Assembly (NCBI GenBank): GCA_964496425.1
Contig: CAZBZO010000004.1
Span: forward strand, 23,118 to 87,117
Direction: 5' to 3'
From: an uncultured Candidatus Saccharibacteria bacterium
GTDB taxonomy: Bacteria > Patescibacteriota > Minisyncoccia > Phycocordibacterales > UBA9973
Length of the DNA stretch: 64,000 nucleotides
Part shown: one piece after another, positions 46,713-55,796 of the stretch
Layout of the letters: every line of letters begins with the position of its first letter
Numbering within the stretch: the stretch's first letter is position 1
The notes under the pieces: generated by a model
Seen by the model: only the letters and a program-made list of their open reading frames with translations
Databases searched by the model: none
Told to the model about the DNA's origin: nothing
Program-made: the position numbers and the translations under genes

Positions 46713-48005
46713 CTATGGGTTTTTGATCACTCCCATAAATATTATTTCTTGAGTTTGAGTATCTCGGATCGAGACAAAAAACGGCCGATTAACTTCCATG
46801 TAAAATGTTTTTTCAGTATTAACTCCAGCCGAAGTGAGACCCACGCCAATACTGGTCACCGCAGCAGCTTCAGTACCTTCTTCATTTACATCAATGTATG
46901 TCTTGTGTTTAACTTCACTTATGACGAGTCCTTCACCAATACCAGAAAAATCAGCGCCGCTAAAAGCGACCCCCATACCAAGTTGTGTCAAAAGTGGAAT
47001 GAGGCTTTTTTCGTACTCCATTTTAAATTTTGGAAGCAAAATCGTTCCCTCAGTCGTTTGATATTTATTTATCCAGCTATTCCAGGTGGTTGCCGTGAGG
47101 TTTTGAACAAATGAATCGAGATTTTTGGGTAAGAATACGTCCATGACAATGCGCTTACTTTTCCCATACGGCATACTAATACTTTGGAAATCCACCGTTT
47201 CCAAATATGAAAAATCACCTCGTTGCTGCATGAGTGGATGCTTCTTTGCAACACCAGAAGAAAGAGTAAAGTCTCGCTCTTGAGTCATAGACGTACTAAA
47301 TTCACTTGTCCATGTGCCTTTAAAATAAATAGCATTGATTAAATACATGACCATTGTGGAAGGAATCGGCGGAGTGACAATCGTCTGTATCTTACCTTTG
47401 GTATTTTTACTTACCCAAGCATTTATCGTGTCAGCAGCCGTAGGAGCTTCAAAATTAAGTGTTGAGATTTCGGCATTGAAATAATTCGCAACGATAGTAA
47501 GAAAATCTTTTTTAAAATCCATACCCTTTCTCGCCCACAGAGAGTTGGCGACCGATAGTTCTACGTCGGGATCAGGATTTTTCAAGATATTGATAAGCCC
47601 CAGACTTTCTTGATTGACCGTCGCGAGGTCGAGATTCTGAAACTGCAAAGTGTTTTGTATGGCAGTCTTAGTCTCTCCTGCCGCACCGTTATAGACCATT
47701 GACAATGCAAGAGCAATACTTGATGGCGAAATGAAAATATTATTTTCATTTGCATCTTCTACAAGGATTTTCAAGCTATTAAATCCGAATGTAGTGTGGG
47801 CAAGTGAAATATTTTTCGGAGCTTGAGATTGGACAGATGGATTCGGGGTCGGAATTGGTACAACGCTATCATCGACATCACCAATTGGTACCACTTCAGG
47901 TATTTTTTCTATAGAACTTTTCCGTAAAACAAGGTAGCCGCCGGCGCCCGCAATAAGAAGAATAACAATAAGGATACCAAGAGGAGCAAAACCTTTTTTA
48001 TTCAT
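46713..48005 (-). CDS. serpin (serine protease inhibitor) with an N-terminal anchor or signal
   Basis: NAIYFKGTW and the C-terminal FYMEVNRPFFVSIRD serpin signatures. A reactive-centre loop region is present. Confidence 0.85.
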   Translation of the reverse strand: MNKKGFAPLGILIVILLIAGAGGYLVLRKSSIEKIPEVVPIGDVDDSVVPIPTPNPSVQSQAPKNISLAHTTFGFNSLKILVEDANENNIFISPSSIALALSMVYNGAAGETKTAIQNTLQFQNLDLATVNQESLGLINILKNPDPDVELSVANSLWARKGMDFKKDFLTIVANYFNAEISTLNFEAPTAADTINAWVSKNTKGKIQTIVTPPIPSTMVMYLINAIYFKGTWTSEFSTSMTQERDFTLSSGVAKKHPLMQQRGDFSYLETVDFQSISMPYGKSKRIVMDVFLPKNLDSFVQNLTATTWNSWINKYQTTEGTILLPKFKMEYEKSLIPLLTQLGMGVAFSGADFSGIGEGLVISEVKHKTYIDVNEEGTEAAAVTSIGVGLTSAGVNTEKTFYMEVNRPFFVSIRDTQTQEIIFMGVIKNP

Positions 48006-48077
48006 ATGATAATAGTATCACCATAGATTCAGTCCAGCAAATTTAACTATACACCATAAACTATTACCTACTATTTG

Positions 48078-48159
48078 TGGGCGCGGAGAGATTTGAACTC
48101 TCAAGAGTTTCCCCATACGCTCCTGAAGCGTACGCGTATACCAGTTCCGCCACGCGCCC
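48078..48159 (-). tRNA. tRNA-Leu (anticodon CAG)
   Basis: Manual fold: acceptor GGGCGCG/CGCGCCC, 3-bp D stem with an 11-nt loop, anticodon stem TACGC/GCGTA with loop TTCAGGA, 13-nt variable arm, T arm GAGAG-TTCAAAT-CTCTC, discriminator A. The CCA is not encoded. Confidence 0.85.
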
Positions 48160-48192
48160 AAATGATTGCCGTCGATTGTAAGTCCTCCACTA

Positions 48193-48990
48193 TTAATTCC
48201 CAAAATATTTTGGGTTGAGGAGATCAGCAATATCGGAAAGCGCAATATCAATGGTCACGATACCACTCGCATACGAAGCAACTTGATATGAATTGAACAC
48301 TATAGTGAGCTCATTTTCTCCAACATAGAAATTTTGATAATTGTCCGCTACCGGCTCGACTCCTTCTTTAAACCAATTAGCGCCAAAACGCCCCTCAAGC
48401 TTTTCTGTCGCAATCTGTGCGAGTGCTGGCAAATATGCTGCGCCTGACTTAAAAATAGTAGAAAGACCAATCGAGGCCCCTGTTCCAACATCATAACTTT
48501 GCGTCAAGGCAAAATTGTTGGGGTGCGCGGCGCCGCTTGAATACTGCGAGATATCAAGCTCAATGCCCAAAATCCCGTGCGCCGGACCAAAGACTTCATA
48601 GACTGTTGCAAAGGTGCTTTTGTCGTCCGCGTAAAGACTCGGATCTTGTTCGGGAAAGCTCGCGAGGTTGTCTTTGAATGCTTCAATCGAGGCTACCACT
48701 TTTTTGGCAATATCAGCATTGATTGCGTCGTTTACAGACTCTGAGAGTCCGGCAACCTTAGGATAGGTCGCATCGATAGTATATGCAGCAGTGTTTTCAG
48801 AAATCTCTCCCTCTTTCGTAGTGACCGATACGGTTTCCTCTGCGGGGGTGATACTCTCTGGTACTCCAAGCTCAACAGCAGACGGAGAAGGGCTCAGGGG
48901 CGATTTATAGATCGCTAAGTACGCCAATCCGCCGACAATAGCAATGATTACCACAATTTTCACAATTTTGCCTTTTTTCTTTCGAGCCAT
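48193..48990 (-). CDS. N-terminally anchored protein, possibly DUF3298/RsiV-like
   Basis: 265 aa with an N-terminal TM segment. The DUF assignment is from memory only and is weak. Confidence 0.5.
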   Translation of the reverse strand: MARKKKGKIVKIVVIIAIVGGLAYLAIYKSPLSPSPSAVELGVPESITPAEETVSVTTKEGEISENTAAYTIDATYPKVAGLSESVNDAINADIAKKVVASIEAFKDNLASFPEQDPSLYADDKSTFATVYEVFGPAHGILGIELDISQYSSGAAHPNNFALTQSYDVGTGASIGLSTIFKSGAAYLPALAQIATEKLEGRFGANWFKEGVEPVADNYQNFYVGENELTIVFNSYQVASYASGIVTIDIALSDIADLLNPKYFGN

Positions 48991-49030
48991 ACCTTTATTC
49001 TAGCAAATCCCGCCCACTAACCGAAATACA

Positions 49031-49058
49031 AAAAGCCCCGCTCGGCGGGGCTTTTTTG
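49031..49058. terminator. bidirectional terminator aaaa-gccccgc-tcg-gcggggc-tttttt
   Basis: Perfect 7-bp GC stem flanked by A4 and T6. Confidence 0.65.
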
Positions 49059-49065
49059 TAAAACT

Positions 49066-49128
49066 TTATTTCTTAGCTTTTTTCTTTTTCTTTACTTCTT
49101 TCTTTTGTGATGCGTTTCCTTTTGCCAT
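49066..49128 (-). CDS. candidate 20-aa lysine-rich peptide MAKGNASQKKEVKKKKKAKK
   Basis: Small ORF found by hand; it ends just upstream of the terminator at 49031. It shares the MAK.ASQ N-terminus with the 41-aa ORF at 53104. It is below the ORF-track cutoff and could be a chance ORF. Confidence 0.25.
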   Translation of the reverse strand: MAKGNASQKKEVKKKKKAKK

Positions 49129-49201
49129 AGTAAATTTATTTTATATTAATAATATCTAAATTGTACCACAGAGCACCGTGGCGCCAATCGTCGAGATGAA
49201 G

Positions 49202-49561
49202 TTAGCCGAGCACATCATGATTTTTCTTAGGGACATCGTATGCTACTTCGTGAATAACCTTGTCGGTCGTCTTCTTTGTGAGACGCATCGCGAAGAGAAT
49301 AATTTTTCGAATAATCATAAAGATCGCCACGCTTATAAAAAGACTGATCCAAAAGAGCACTCGGAAAAATCCCATGGCATGACCGAAAAGATCTGTACAA
49401 CCCAAAATAAAAAAGAGTATGAGCCCGATCCCTGCTACAATCACGGGCCCGAGGATAAGACCAATCAACATATCGCGGACTTCGCCCGCGCCAAAGGCTC
49501 CGGGATTGGCCCGGAGCTCTTGTATCATCTTTTTGGTTTTAAACAATTGGAATATCAACAT
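49202..49561 (-). CDS. hypothetical membrane protein
   Basis: 119 aa with 3 TM segments. It is preferred over the overlapping plus-strand ORF 49178..49618. Confidence 0.45.
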   Translation of the reverse strand: MLIFQLFKTKKMIQELRANPGAFGAGEVRDMLIGLILGPVIVAGIGLILFFILGCTDLFGHAMGFFRVLFWISLFISVAIFMIIRKIILFAMRLTKKTTDKVIHEVAYDVPKKNHDVLG

Positions 49562-49575
49562 GATTTCCCCTACAC

Positions 49576-49917
49576 CTACTGTACAGTAGGATCTTTTTCG
49601 ACAACCACAGTCTTTTGAAGCACGACTGGTGCTTCGGCTTGCTCAAGCTTACCTTCTGTTTCAGAAAGCTTTTGCTTATGCACTGCCAAATCTTTTTCAA
49701 GTCGCTTAGCATGAGCGCGCAAATCGTTCAGCCTGAGCATTTCCGGAATAGAAAGGAGCCAGCTCACAAGCATACCAGCGACAACAGCGAGGAGCAGAAG
49801 GAGCGCCAAGCTTCCGTCGGCCTGCCAAGTGAAAAAACTCACCGTGACTGGCGTCATGTTTTGGAGAATAAAAATAATAATCGCCCCGCCAAATATAATA
49901 CCAATAATAAATAACAT
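49576..49917 (-). CDS. LapA-domain (DUF1049-like) membrane protein
   Basis: Two TM segments, the FFTWQ motif, then a coiled-coil tail. Confidence 0.55.
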   Translation of the reverse strand: MLFIIGIIFGGAIIIFILQNMTPVTVSFFTWQADGSLALLLLLAVVAGMLVSWLLSIPEMLRLNDLRAHAKRLEKDLAVHKQKLSETEGKLEQAEAPVVLQKTVVVEKDPTVQ

Positions 49918-49978
49918 AGAATTTTCTCTTTACGCTTATAATCGTTCGGCCTATGTTAGTAGTATAGCAAAATGTACG

Positions 49979-50701
49979 CTACTGTCCGAGGCAGGAAAGA
50001 AGCTCAGGTGATGACGTCCAGCCGCACTCCCCGCTTACCTGTCGTTCACAAGTCGCCGTTTTGTAACAGGCATAAGTTTCGTTATATTCGCAGGTCGAGG
50101 CCATATCTTTTTGGTCTGAGCAGATCTGACTGCTGCAGCCGCCGACATAACATCCAGAAACAGGAACTGGCGATGGTGCAATAGGCGCAGGCGCGAGACT
50201 TTCAACCAAGAGTCCGTTTACAACCTTGAAATATTTTTTCATGGGTACATTTGGTATGGAAGTCATTGGCTCACTTGGCATACGATCCAGGTAGGTTATA
50301 ACGATTTGATCAGAGGTACTGTTGATAGAAACTGGAACAATGCGATCTCCCACAAAAAGAGTATTCTTCCCGACAAAACCCGCATCAGAGCCTTCTGCGA
50401 AAGCAATATAATAAAACGTTCCACTACCACTACTTGCAGATGTAAGCACAAATGTCACGTCAGGAATACCCTCCCCAGTGAAATCTGCCACTTTTTCGTA
50501 CCCCACATACTTGGTCTGCTCTGCTTCTGATGTAGATACTCCACCCGTAAGGGTTACTGACTGGCCTTCTATGGTGTACGTTGTATTTTTATACCCCACG
50601 AGAGTATCTGGGGAAATAACACGTTGATCGGACCGGTACGCTATAAACGCTGCAAAAATAAGAACAACTGCAACAACAAGTATGACCATGAATGTTTTCA
50701 T
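49979..50701 (-). CDS. exported protein with a C-terminal 10-Cys module
   Basis: N-terminal TM segment or signal. The C-terminus is GCYVGGCSSQICSDQ...CEYNETYACYKTATCERQVSGECGW...LSC. Confidence 0.55.
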   Translation of the reverse strand: MKTFMVILVVAVVLIFAAFIAYRSDQRVISPDTLVGYKNTTYTIEGQSVTLTGGVSTSEAEQTKYVGYEKVADFTGEGIPDVTFVLTSASSGSGTFYYIAFAEGSDAGFVGKNTLFVGDRIVPVSINSTSDQIVITYLDRMPSEPMTSIPNVPMKKYFKVVNGLLVESLAPAPIAPSPVPVSGCYVGGCSSQICSDQKDMASTCEYNETYACYKTATCERQVSGECGWTSSPELLSCLGQ

Positions 50702-50713
50702 ATTTCAATTCTA

Positions 50714-51130
50714 TCATTTGAGCGTATGGAGTCCAAGACGCTTGAGTTCTCTCCGGCGTACCTGCCAATCCGGTATTGTTTTCGCGACCAAATCCCAAAA
50801 ATCTTTTGAATGGTTGAACTGCCCGATGTGGCAGAGCTCATGGACCACGATGTAGTCGGCAAGATGGGGCGGCAATAGTACGATGCGATAATTGAAATTG
50901 AGATTGCCGCGCTTAGAACAGCTGCCCCAGCGAGTCTTCTGATTGCGAATGGCAATGCGATGATAGGAAAAGCCGTAAAATTGATTGAAGTGCGAGAGAC
51001 GCGCATGAGCCAGCGATCGGGCCGCCTCGCGGTATGTTTCATATGTTTTCCGAGAGGAGCGCCGACGACGTGGCAGCGATACTGTCGTCCGCACAAAAAA
51101 CGGAGAGAAGAGAAAAGATGATCGCATCAA
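50714..51130 (-). CDS. YgjP/DUF45-family (M48-like) metal-dependent hydrolase
   Basis: WGSCS...NLNFN...VVHELCHI..NHS..FW. Confidence 0.8.
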   Translation of the reverse strand: MMRSSFLFSPFFVRTTVSLPRRRRSSRKTYETYREAARSLAHARLSHFNQFYGFSYHRIAIRNQKTRWGSCSKRGNLNFNYRIVLLPPHLADYIVVHELCHIGQFNHSKDFWDLVAKTIPDWQVRRRELKRLGLHTLK

Positions 51131-51720
51131 AGTGGCATATGGCCTGCTGATTGCCAGAAGCGAATCGCATCAATCGGATGAACAAGCATAATAATATTAA
51201 GTGTTAGATTGTCACGAACAAACCAGAGTGTGCCAAGCTCCATCAAAATAATAAGTACTATAATAATCCAGAGCTTACTACGAGCCGCAACGACAAATCC
51301 GAGTCCCACAAAGAAAATATCAGAAAGTGAGTTGAAAATACTATCACCGATATACCCAAGGGAGATCGTCACCTCGCGATAGCGGTTGATAATGATAGGA
51401 GAATTTTCCAACATTTCCCAAAGCGCTTCAAGTAAAATCGCGAGCACAAAACGATACCGCAGAGGCATCTTCCGAGCAACCAGCCATAAAAGACCATAAA
51501 AAAGCAATCCGTGGATGAAGTGAGAGAATGAGTATGGATCAGCAAAACGCTGGGATTGTTCTGCACTCCAAATATCTCCTTCCCACAGTCCGATTGATCC
51601 ATCCGGACCAAACGGTAGTCGGCCGAGAGCGTATTCATACAAAGCGACCGCCGCAAATATCACGATCGTCAGAGCCAACACCCATTTATATCGTTTGAAG
51701 AAAATCGTGATGGTGGTCAT
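51127..51720 (-). CDS. hypothetical integral membrane protein
   Basis: 197 aa with 5-6 TM segments. It overlaps the downstream gene by 4 nt (ATGA). Confidence 0.55.
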   Translation of the reverse strand: MTTITIFFKRYKWVLALTIVIFAAVALYEYALGRLPFGPDGSIGLWEGDIWSAEQSQRFADPYSFSHFIHGLLFYGLLWLVARKMPLRYRFVLAILLEALWEMLENSPIIINRYREVTISLGYIGDSIFNSLSDIFFVGLGFVVAARSKLWIIIVLIILMELGTLWFVRDNLTLNIIMLVHPIDAIRFWQSAGHMPL

Positions 51721-51751
51721 ACATTTTTAAAATTGTAAAAATGCATATTGC

Positions 51752-52669
51752 TTACCCGCCAATGGCTACGCCTTCTTCGCTTTCTTGTTGTTTGAGAGTA
51801 GAGAGCACATTATTTAATAGTGGCGCTTCATAGTAGAGTGATCGAAAAGCCAACGTGTAGTTGAGACGATGGAGAAGTGTCGCGTTTTCTACTCCGACGT
51901 AGCGAAGATGCCAGGGCTCATACATATAGCCGGTCTTATCTTCCGAACCGTCAGGATAGCTAATGATAAATCCATACAGATGAGCATTATCTTTGATCCA
52001 TGTGCTTTCGGGACTATTAGCAAATCCTTTTCCAAGAGACACTTCACTTGAAACATCAAGCGTCGTGCCGAGCTGGTGCTCGCTATGACCCGACGGCGCC
52101 ACTCGATGATGGAGACCGGTGTTTAAGGTCGGCGCGTAGAGATCATACAGATAGCTCTGCATCGAGTATGATCGATAGCCTGATACTGCCACAAGCGACA
52201 GATCTTCTTTCGCCATATCGGCGGCCATACGGGCTACATTGGCGGCAGTGGATGACTCCAAACAAATCGTCTGGTTGTTGGTGAGAATAACCGTCGAAAC
52301 ATCTACCAAGCCAGGCGGCACATAGGAAGCCGGCAAACCAGCCGTAGCATTGATGGTTTTGAGAAAATATTCTTTGGCTTCTGGGCGGCCAGTCGCGGTA
52401 AACGTCGGCGCAGCTTGCGGACAGGTGCCTTTTGGCAAAAGAATCGGGGTCGGCGCGACGTCACTTAAAAGCGTATCAATCGAAGTAATAGATTCGAGAG
52501 TGCGAAGCTTCTCGCTGACTGGATCTATGACCGTAGGCGTGGCATTTGGAGCAAATGAAACAGCGTGTGCGCGTGAAATGGAGAAAAAAATACACGCAAC
52601 AAAAATAAAACTTGTGAAAAAAATTAATTTTGTGATGCGCATATAACTATAGACTTTATTGTACATCAA
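51752..52669 (-). CDS. D-alanyl-D-alanine carboxypeptidase, M15B/VanY family
   Basis: SGYRSYSMQ, SEHQLGTTLD, EPWHLRY. Signal peptide present. Confidence 0.8.
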   Translation of the reverse strand: MMYNKVYSYMRITKLIFFTSFIFVACIFFSISRAHAVSFAPNATPTVIDPVSEKLRTLESITSIDTLLSDVAPTPILLPKGTCPQAAPTFTATGRPEAKEYFLKTINATAGLPASYVPPGLVDVSTVILTNNQTICLESSTAANVARMAADMAKEDLSLVAVSGYRSYSMQSYLYDLYAPTLNTGLHHRVAPSGHSEHQLGTTLDVSSEVSLGKGFANSPESTWIKDNAHLYGFIISYPDGSEDKTGYMYEPWHLRYVGVENATLLHRLNYTLAFRSLYYEAPLLNNVLSTLKQQESEEGVAIGG

Positions 52670-52730
52670 AATTTCCTACAATGAGTATAAAAGTGTGGAT
52701 TACTGCCTCTGTATTTTTGAAACGTTAGGA

Positions 52731-52765
52731 AAATAAAAAACCGGACAAGTCCGGTTTTTTATTTT
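52731..52765. terminator. bidirectional terminator aaaaaa-ccggac-aa-gtccgg-tttttt
   Basis: Perfect hairpin with A/T runs on both sides, downstream of the SWIB gene. Confidence 0.65.
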
Positions 52766-52777
52766 CCCTTATATACC

Positions 52778-53050
52778 TTAGGAGAGGTGCTTGGAAACGA
52801 GTTTGGTCATTTCAAACATATTCACTACGGCTTTTCCGCCAAACACCTTTTTCAAGGCTTCGTCGGCGACGATATTGCGCTTATTCTTTGGATCTTGAAG
52901 ATCGTGCTTCTTGATGTAGACCCAGAGTGCTTTCACGACCTCAGAGCGAGGCATAGGACCTTTTCCGACGACAGCCGCGAGCTCTTCGCTCACTGTCATT
53001 GGCTTCATAAATGCAGAGTTTGCTTTTGCTGGCATATGTGTAGCAGGCAA
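52778..53050 (-). CDS. SWIB/MDM2-domain protein
   Basis: PMPRSEVVKALWVYIKKHDLQDPKNKRNIVADEALKKVFGGKAVVNMFEMTKLVSKHL, the canonical bacterial SWIB. Confidence 0.8.
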   Translation of the reverse strand: MPATHMPAKANSAFMKPMTVSEELAAVVGKGPMPRSEVVKALWVYIKKHDLQDPKNKRNIVADEALKKVFGGKAVVNMFEMTKLVSKHLS

Positions 53051-53103
53051 TACCCTCTCGGGTATGCAGCTTAAATTAACTTTTTAATAATACCTCCAAA
53101 GTT

Positions 53104-53229
53104 CTACGCTCTCTTCTTGCGACGAGCCGCTTTTGCAGCTAGCATCTCTTTTTTCACTCCGAGACGCTTTTTCGTTTTTCGAGAACGCGATGTCTTATTT
53201 TTAATATCCTGACTTGCTCGTTTTGCCAT
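53104..53229 (-). CDS. candidate 41-aa highly basic peptide MAKRASQDIKNKTSRSRKTKKRLGVKKEMLAAKAARRKKRA
   Basis: Found by hand. It lies in the gap between the SWIB and SGNH genes and is a paralog of the 49066 peptide. Confidence 0.35.
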   Translation of the reverse strand: MAKRASQDIKNKTSRSRKTKKRLGVKKEMLAAKAARRKKRA

Positions 53230-53312
53230 ATGGATGAGTATACCGTACTTAGAGGCATTTGTCTTCCCCTAGGGAAAGTTATACACAGGTGGCACAATCC
53301 GAGGCCCTAAGC

Positions 53313-53927
53313 TTATTTTTTGATAAGAGGCAAGATTGCATCTTCGAGCCGCTCGGCAATCTTGGCATAGCCGGCATCATTGGGATGAATAGCGTCAGAC
53401 ATATATGCACTGTTTCCAAGGAGACCACTTAAAATGTTAGGTATATACGACAAATCATAGTCTTTGGCAATCGAGGCATACATTGGCGCAAATGGGTCCG
53501 AAAGGACTCCGCCTCGCACACCCACCAAGACCACCACCGTACCATTGGCCTCAAGCTGACTGACAATGTTCCTGATATTTTCTTCCGTCGCCTCGATCGG
53601 TACTTTTTTGAGAAAGTCATTACCACCAACCAACAAAATGACAAGCCCTGGATCACGATCGAGCACCGCACTGATCCGGGCCAATGCATCAGCGGACGTG
53701 TCGCCGTTTTTCCCAAAATTTTCAATCGGTACGCCAAGACTCGCCCCGAGCACTGACACAAAGTCATGCCCCGGTGTCGCTCCGTAGCCCACCACCAAAC
53801 TATCGCCAAATGCCACGATCGTATTATTTTTTATTTCCGGCACCGGCTCTCCACCACACAAAAAGAAATATCCAGCCACTACGGCCAGTATCACCACCGC
53901 CCCAATTCCAATCCCCCACTTTTTCAT
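53313..53927 (-). CDS. SGNH/GDSL hydrolase (arylesterase-like)
   Basis: AFGDSL, GGNDF, DAIHPN. N-terminal TM segment. Confidence 0.85.
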   Translation of the reverse strand: MKKWGIGIGAVVILAVVAGYFFLCGGEPVPEIKNNTIVAFGDSLVVGYGATPGHDFVSVLGASLGVPIENFGKNGDTSADALARISAVLDRDPGLVILLVGGNDFLKKVPIEATEENIRNIVSQLEANGTVVVLVGVRGGVLSDPFAPMYASIAKDYDLSYIPNILSGLLGNSAYMSDAIHPNDAGYAKIAERLEDAILPLIKK

Positions 53928-54073
53928 GTTTATAGTATAACGCTAATCAATCACATAATCTTTACACCATTTCCCCACGAAACGCCTCGTTGACGTAGGC
54001 ACCTCCAAAAGATTAGATGATGAATGGTGGCTGACCCAATTCCTCAATCCTCCAACACTTTTTTAAAATAATT

Positions 54074-54523
54074 TTAGTGACTCGTAATATAGAGCGCCAA
54101 TAGCACTAGTCCACCCCACCAGCCAATATCGGAAAACACCAAACTTACCATAATCTTTCTCTGTAACGAATCCGGTAAAAGTTCCGTCTGTCGTCCTTCG
54201 CGTTCTCGCGCTAATAAAAAAGGACTTACATACAAAGACAAAAACAATCCGTTCAAAATCAAAATGCCTGCAATAATCGCGTGATAAAAAGGAATTCCGG
54301 AAAATGGTTCATTGCGATACAAAATAATTCCTCCGATGATGGCCAAGAAAATACCGATCCAGATCAGAGGTTTGGTAACTTTGTGTGTCCGTATTGTCGC
54401 TTCAGTCCAGTACGATGACTTTCTGCCAAGAAATCCGTGAATATCAATTACCGTCACGGCTCCGAGACCGATAATAAATCCAGCAATGAGGACAAATAAC
54501 CCAATGAAATCTAAAGTAATCAT
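54074..54523 (-). CDS. hypothetical membrane protein
   Basis: 149 aa with 4 TM segments. Confidence 0.5.
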   Translation of the reverse strand: MITLDFIGLFVLIAGFIIGLGAVTVIDIHGFLGRKSSYWTEATIRTHKVTKPLIWIGIFLAIIGGIILYRNEPFSGIPFYHAIIAGILILNGLFLSLYVSPFLLAREREGRQTELLPDSLQRKIMVSLVFSDIGWWGGLVLLALYITSH

Positions 54524-54927
54524 TATCTATTTAAATACGTAATAGTTAACTGCAAGCACGTAGCAAATGTTCCCCAGAGTAAATACGGGATGTTGGCGTA
54601 GACAACCCAGCGCAGTGTTGGTACAGCGTGCCAGAGACTATAGAGTGCCCAGATGAGTGTACCGAGGACGAGTAGTATATCGATGGATGCCAGAAGATTA
54701 TTTTTGAGCCCAAATTGTATCGGTGTGAAAGCGAAATTGAAAAGGAGGTTGAGCGCAAATGGTAGAGCCACGATCCAGGGAATCTGCTTGGTGAACGCTT
54801 GATAGAAGACGGTACCGAAAGAAATGGCGATAATCACATAGAGCACCGTCCACACCGGCCCAAAGAGCCAGCTTGGAGGCGCCCATGATGGTTTAATAAG
54901 TTGTGAGTACCAGTTGTATGTGGTCAT
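54523..54927 (-). CDS. tspO: TspO/MBR tryptophan-rich sensory protein
   Basis: KPSWAPPSWLFGPVWTVLY... Confidence 0.85.
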   Translation of the reverse strand: MTTYNWYSQLIKPSWAPPSWLFGPVWTVLYVIIAISFGTVFYQAFTKQIPWIVALPFALNLLFNFAFTPIQFGLKNNLLASIDILLVLGTLIWALYSLWHAVPTLRWVVYANIPYLLWGTFATCLQLTITYLNR

Positions 54928-54931
54928 GGGA

Positions 54932-55792
54932 TTATTCTAAGATTTTATAATTTGGTATTTTATAGTTTTCTTTTAACCAAAGAAAGTAATCATCGTTAGC
55001 TTTAGGATTTAAGTGTTTTAACAACTGCTTACCAACAGGAGAAAGTCCAAAGAATCCAGGCATACTAATTTTTAGTGTATTTACATCCTCTGGTGTAGTC
55101 GGTGAAAATAAAATGACTTTATCAAAGTAAACAGTCTTAAAATTTTTCTTCTCAGGATTTTCCATTGATTCGGTCATATCATTTGGCAAAAATAGTGCAA
55201 GACTTTGCAATAACTGAAGACTCCCAAAGTCCACTGCAAGTTCATTCATAAATCCTTTAGCATTTTCGGGTAAAGAAAATAAGTCTTGTGGTACCTGATA
55301 ACCATTTACTAATAAACTGCATATTTTTTCAAATAACTCCAGCTCACTTTTGCCAAGCATTTTAATAATTTGGAGCATGCTCATTGAGTAAGTGCCGGGC
55401 GCGTTATATTCTCCTGCAAGAATCTTTGCTATCAATTCTTGCATTTCGTCATTTGAAATTCCTTTGGCATGATCAAGAAACCCCCAAAAAACATCGTTAT
55501 CCATGCCGACCTCGCTAGGTTTTGAAGAATCAATATACTTTGTTGCTCTTGCTCCAATGTTTATTAGGTTTGTGTTTGACCTAAAAGCAGAAACATATTG
55601 AATAGCCAGACCTTTTTCTTTTGCATCGTCGTACCCATCAAGAATATGTTTTTTGATTACCCCACCCTGTGCATTCCATTCGCTTATTTTAAAACCAAGC
55701 AACTTATCAATCACTGTCGAAAATAATGGTGTGTTGGCTACTTTAGTGGAGTTTTCAATTGCAGTAGTAAGTGCTGTTGTTGGATCAATCAT
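54932..55792 (-). CDS. hypothetical protein co-transcribed with the Type IIG RM gene (4-nt gap)
   Basis: 286 aa with no motif recognised. The gene is AT-rich. Confidence 0.6.
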   Translation of the reverse strand: MIDPTTALTTAIENSTKVANTPLFSTVIDKLLGFKISEWNAQGGVIKKHILDGYDDAKEKGLAIQYVSAFRSNTNLINIGARATKYIDSSKPSEVGMDNDVFWGFLDHAKGISNDEMQELIAKILAGEYNAPGTYSMSMLQIIKMLGKSELELFEKICSLLVNGYQVPQDLFSLPENAKGFMNELAVDFGSLQLLQSLALFLPNDMTESMENPEKKNFKTVYFDKVILFSPTTPEDVNTLKISMPGFFGLSPVGKQLLKHLNPKANDDYFLWLKENYKIPNYKILE

Positions 55793-55796
55793 ATAT

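Noticed and set aside
48018-48251. 77-aa ORF on the minus strand overlapping the tRNA-Leu.
   Set aside because: It is spurious. The region folds into a canonical tRNA, and the ORF runs through it.
49178-49618. Plus-strand 146-aa ORF.
   Set aside because: It overlaps a more plausible minus-strand membrane-protein ORF (49202..49561) in a region where every neighbouring gene is on the minus strand. Its sequence is His/Lys-rich with no hydrophobic core.
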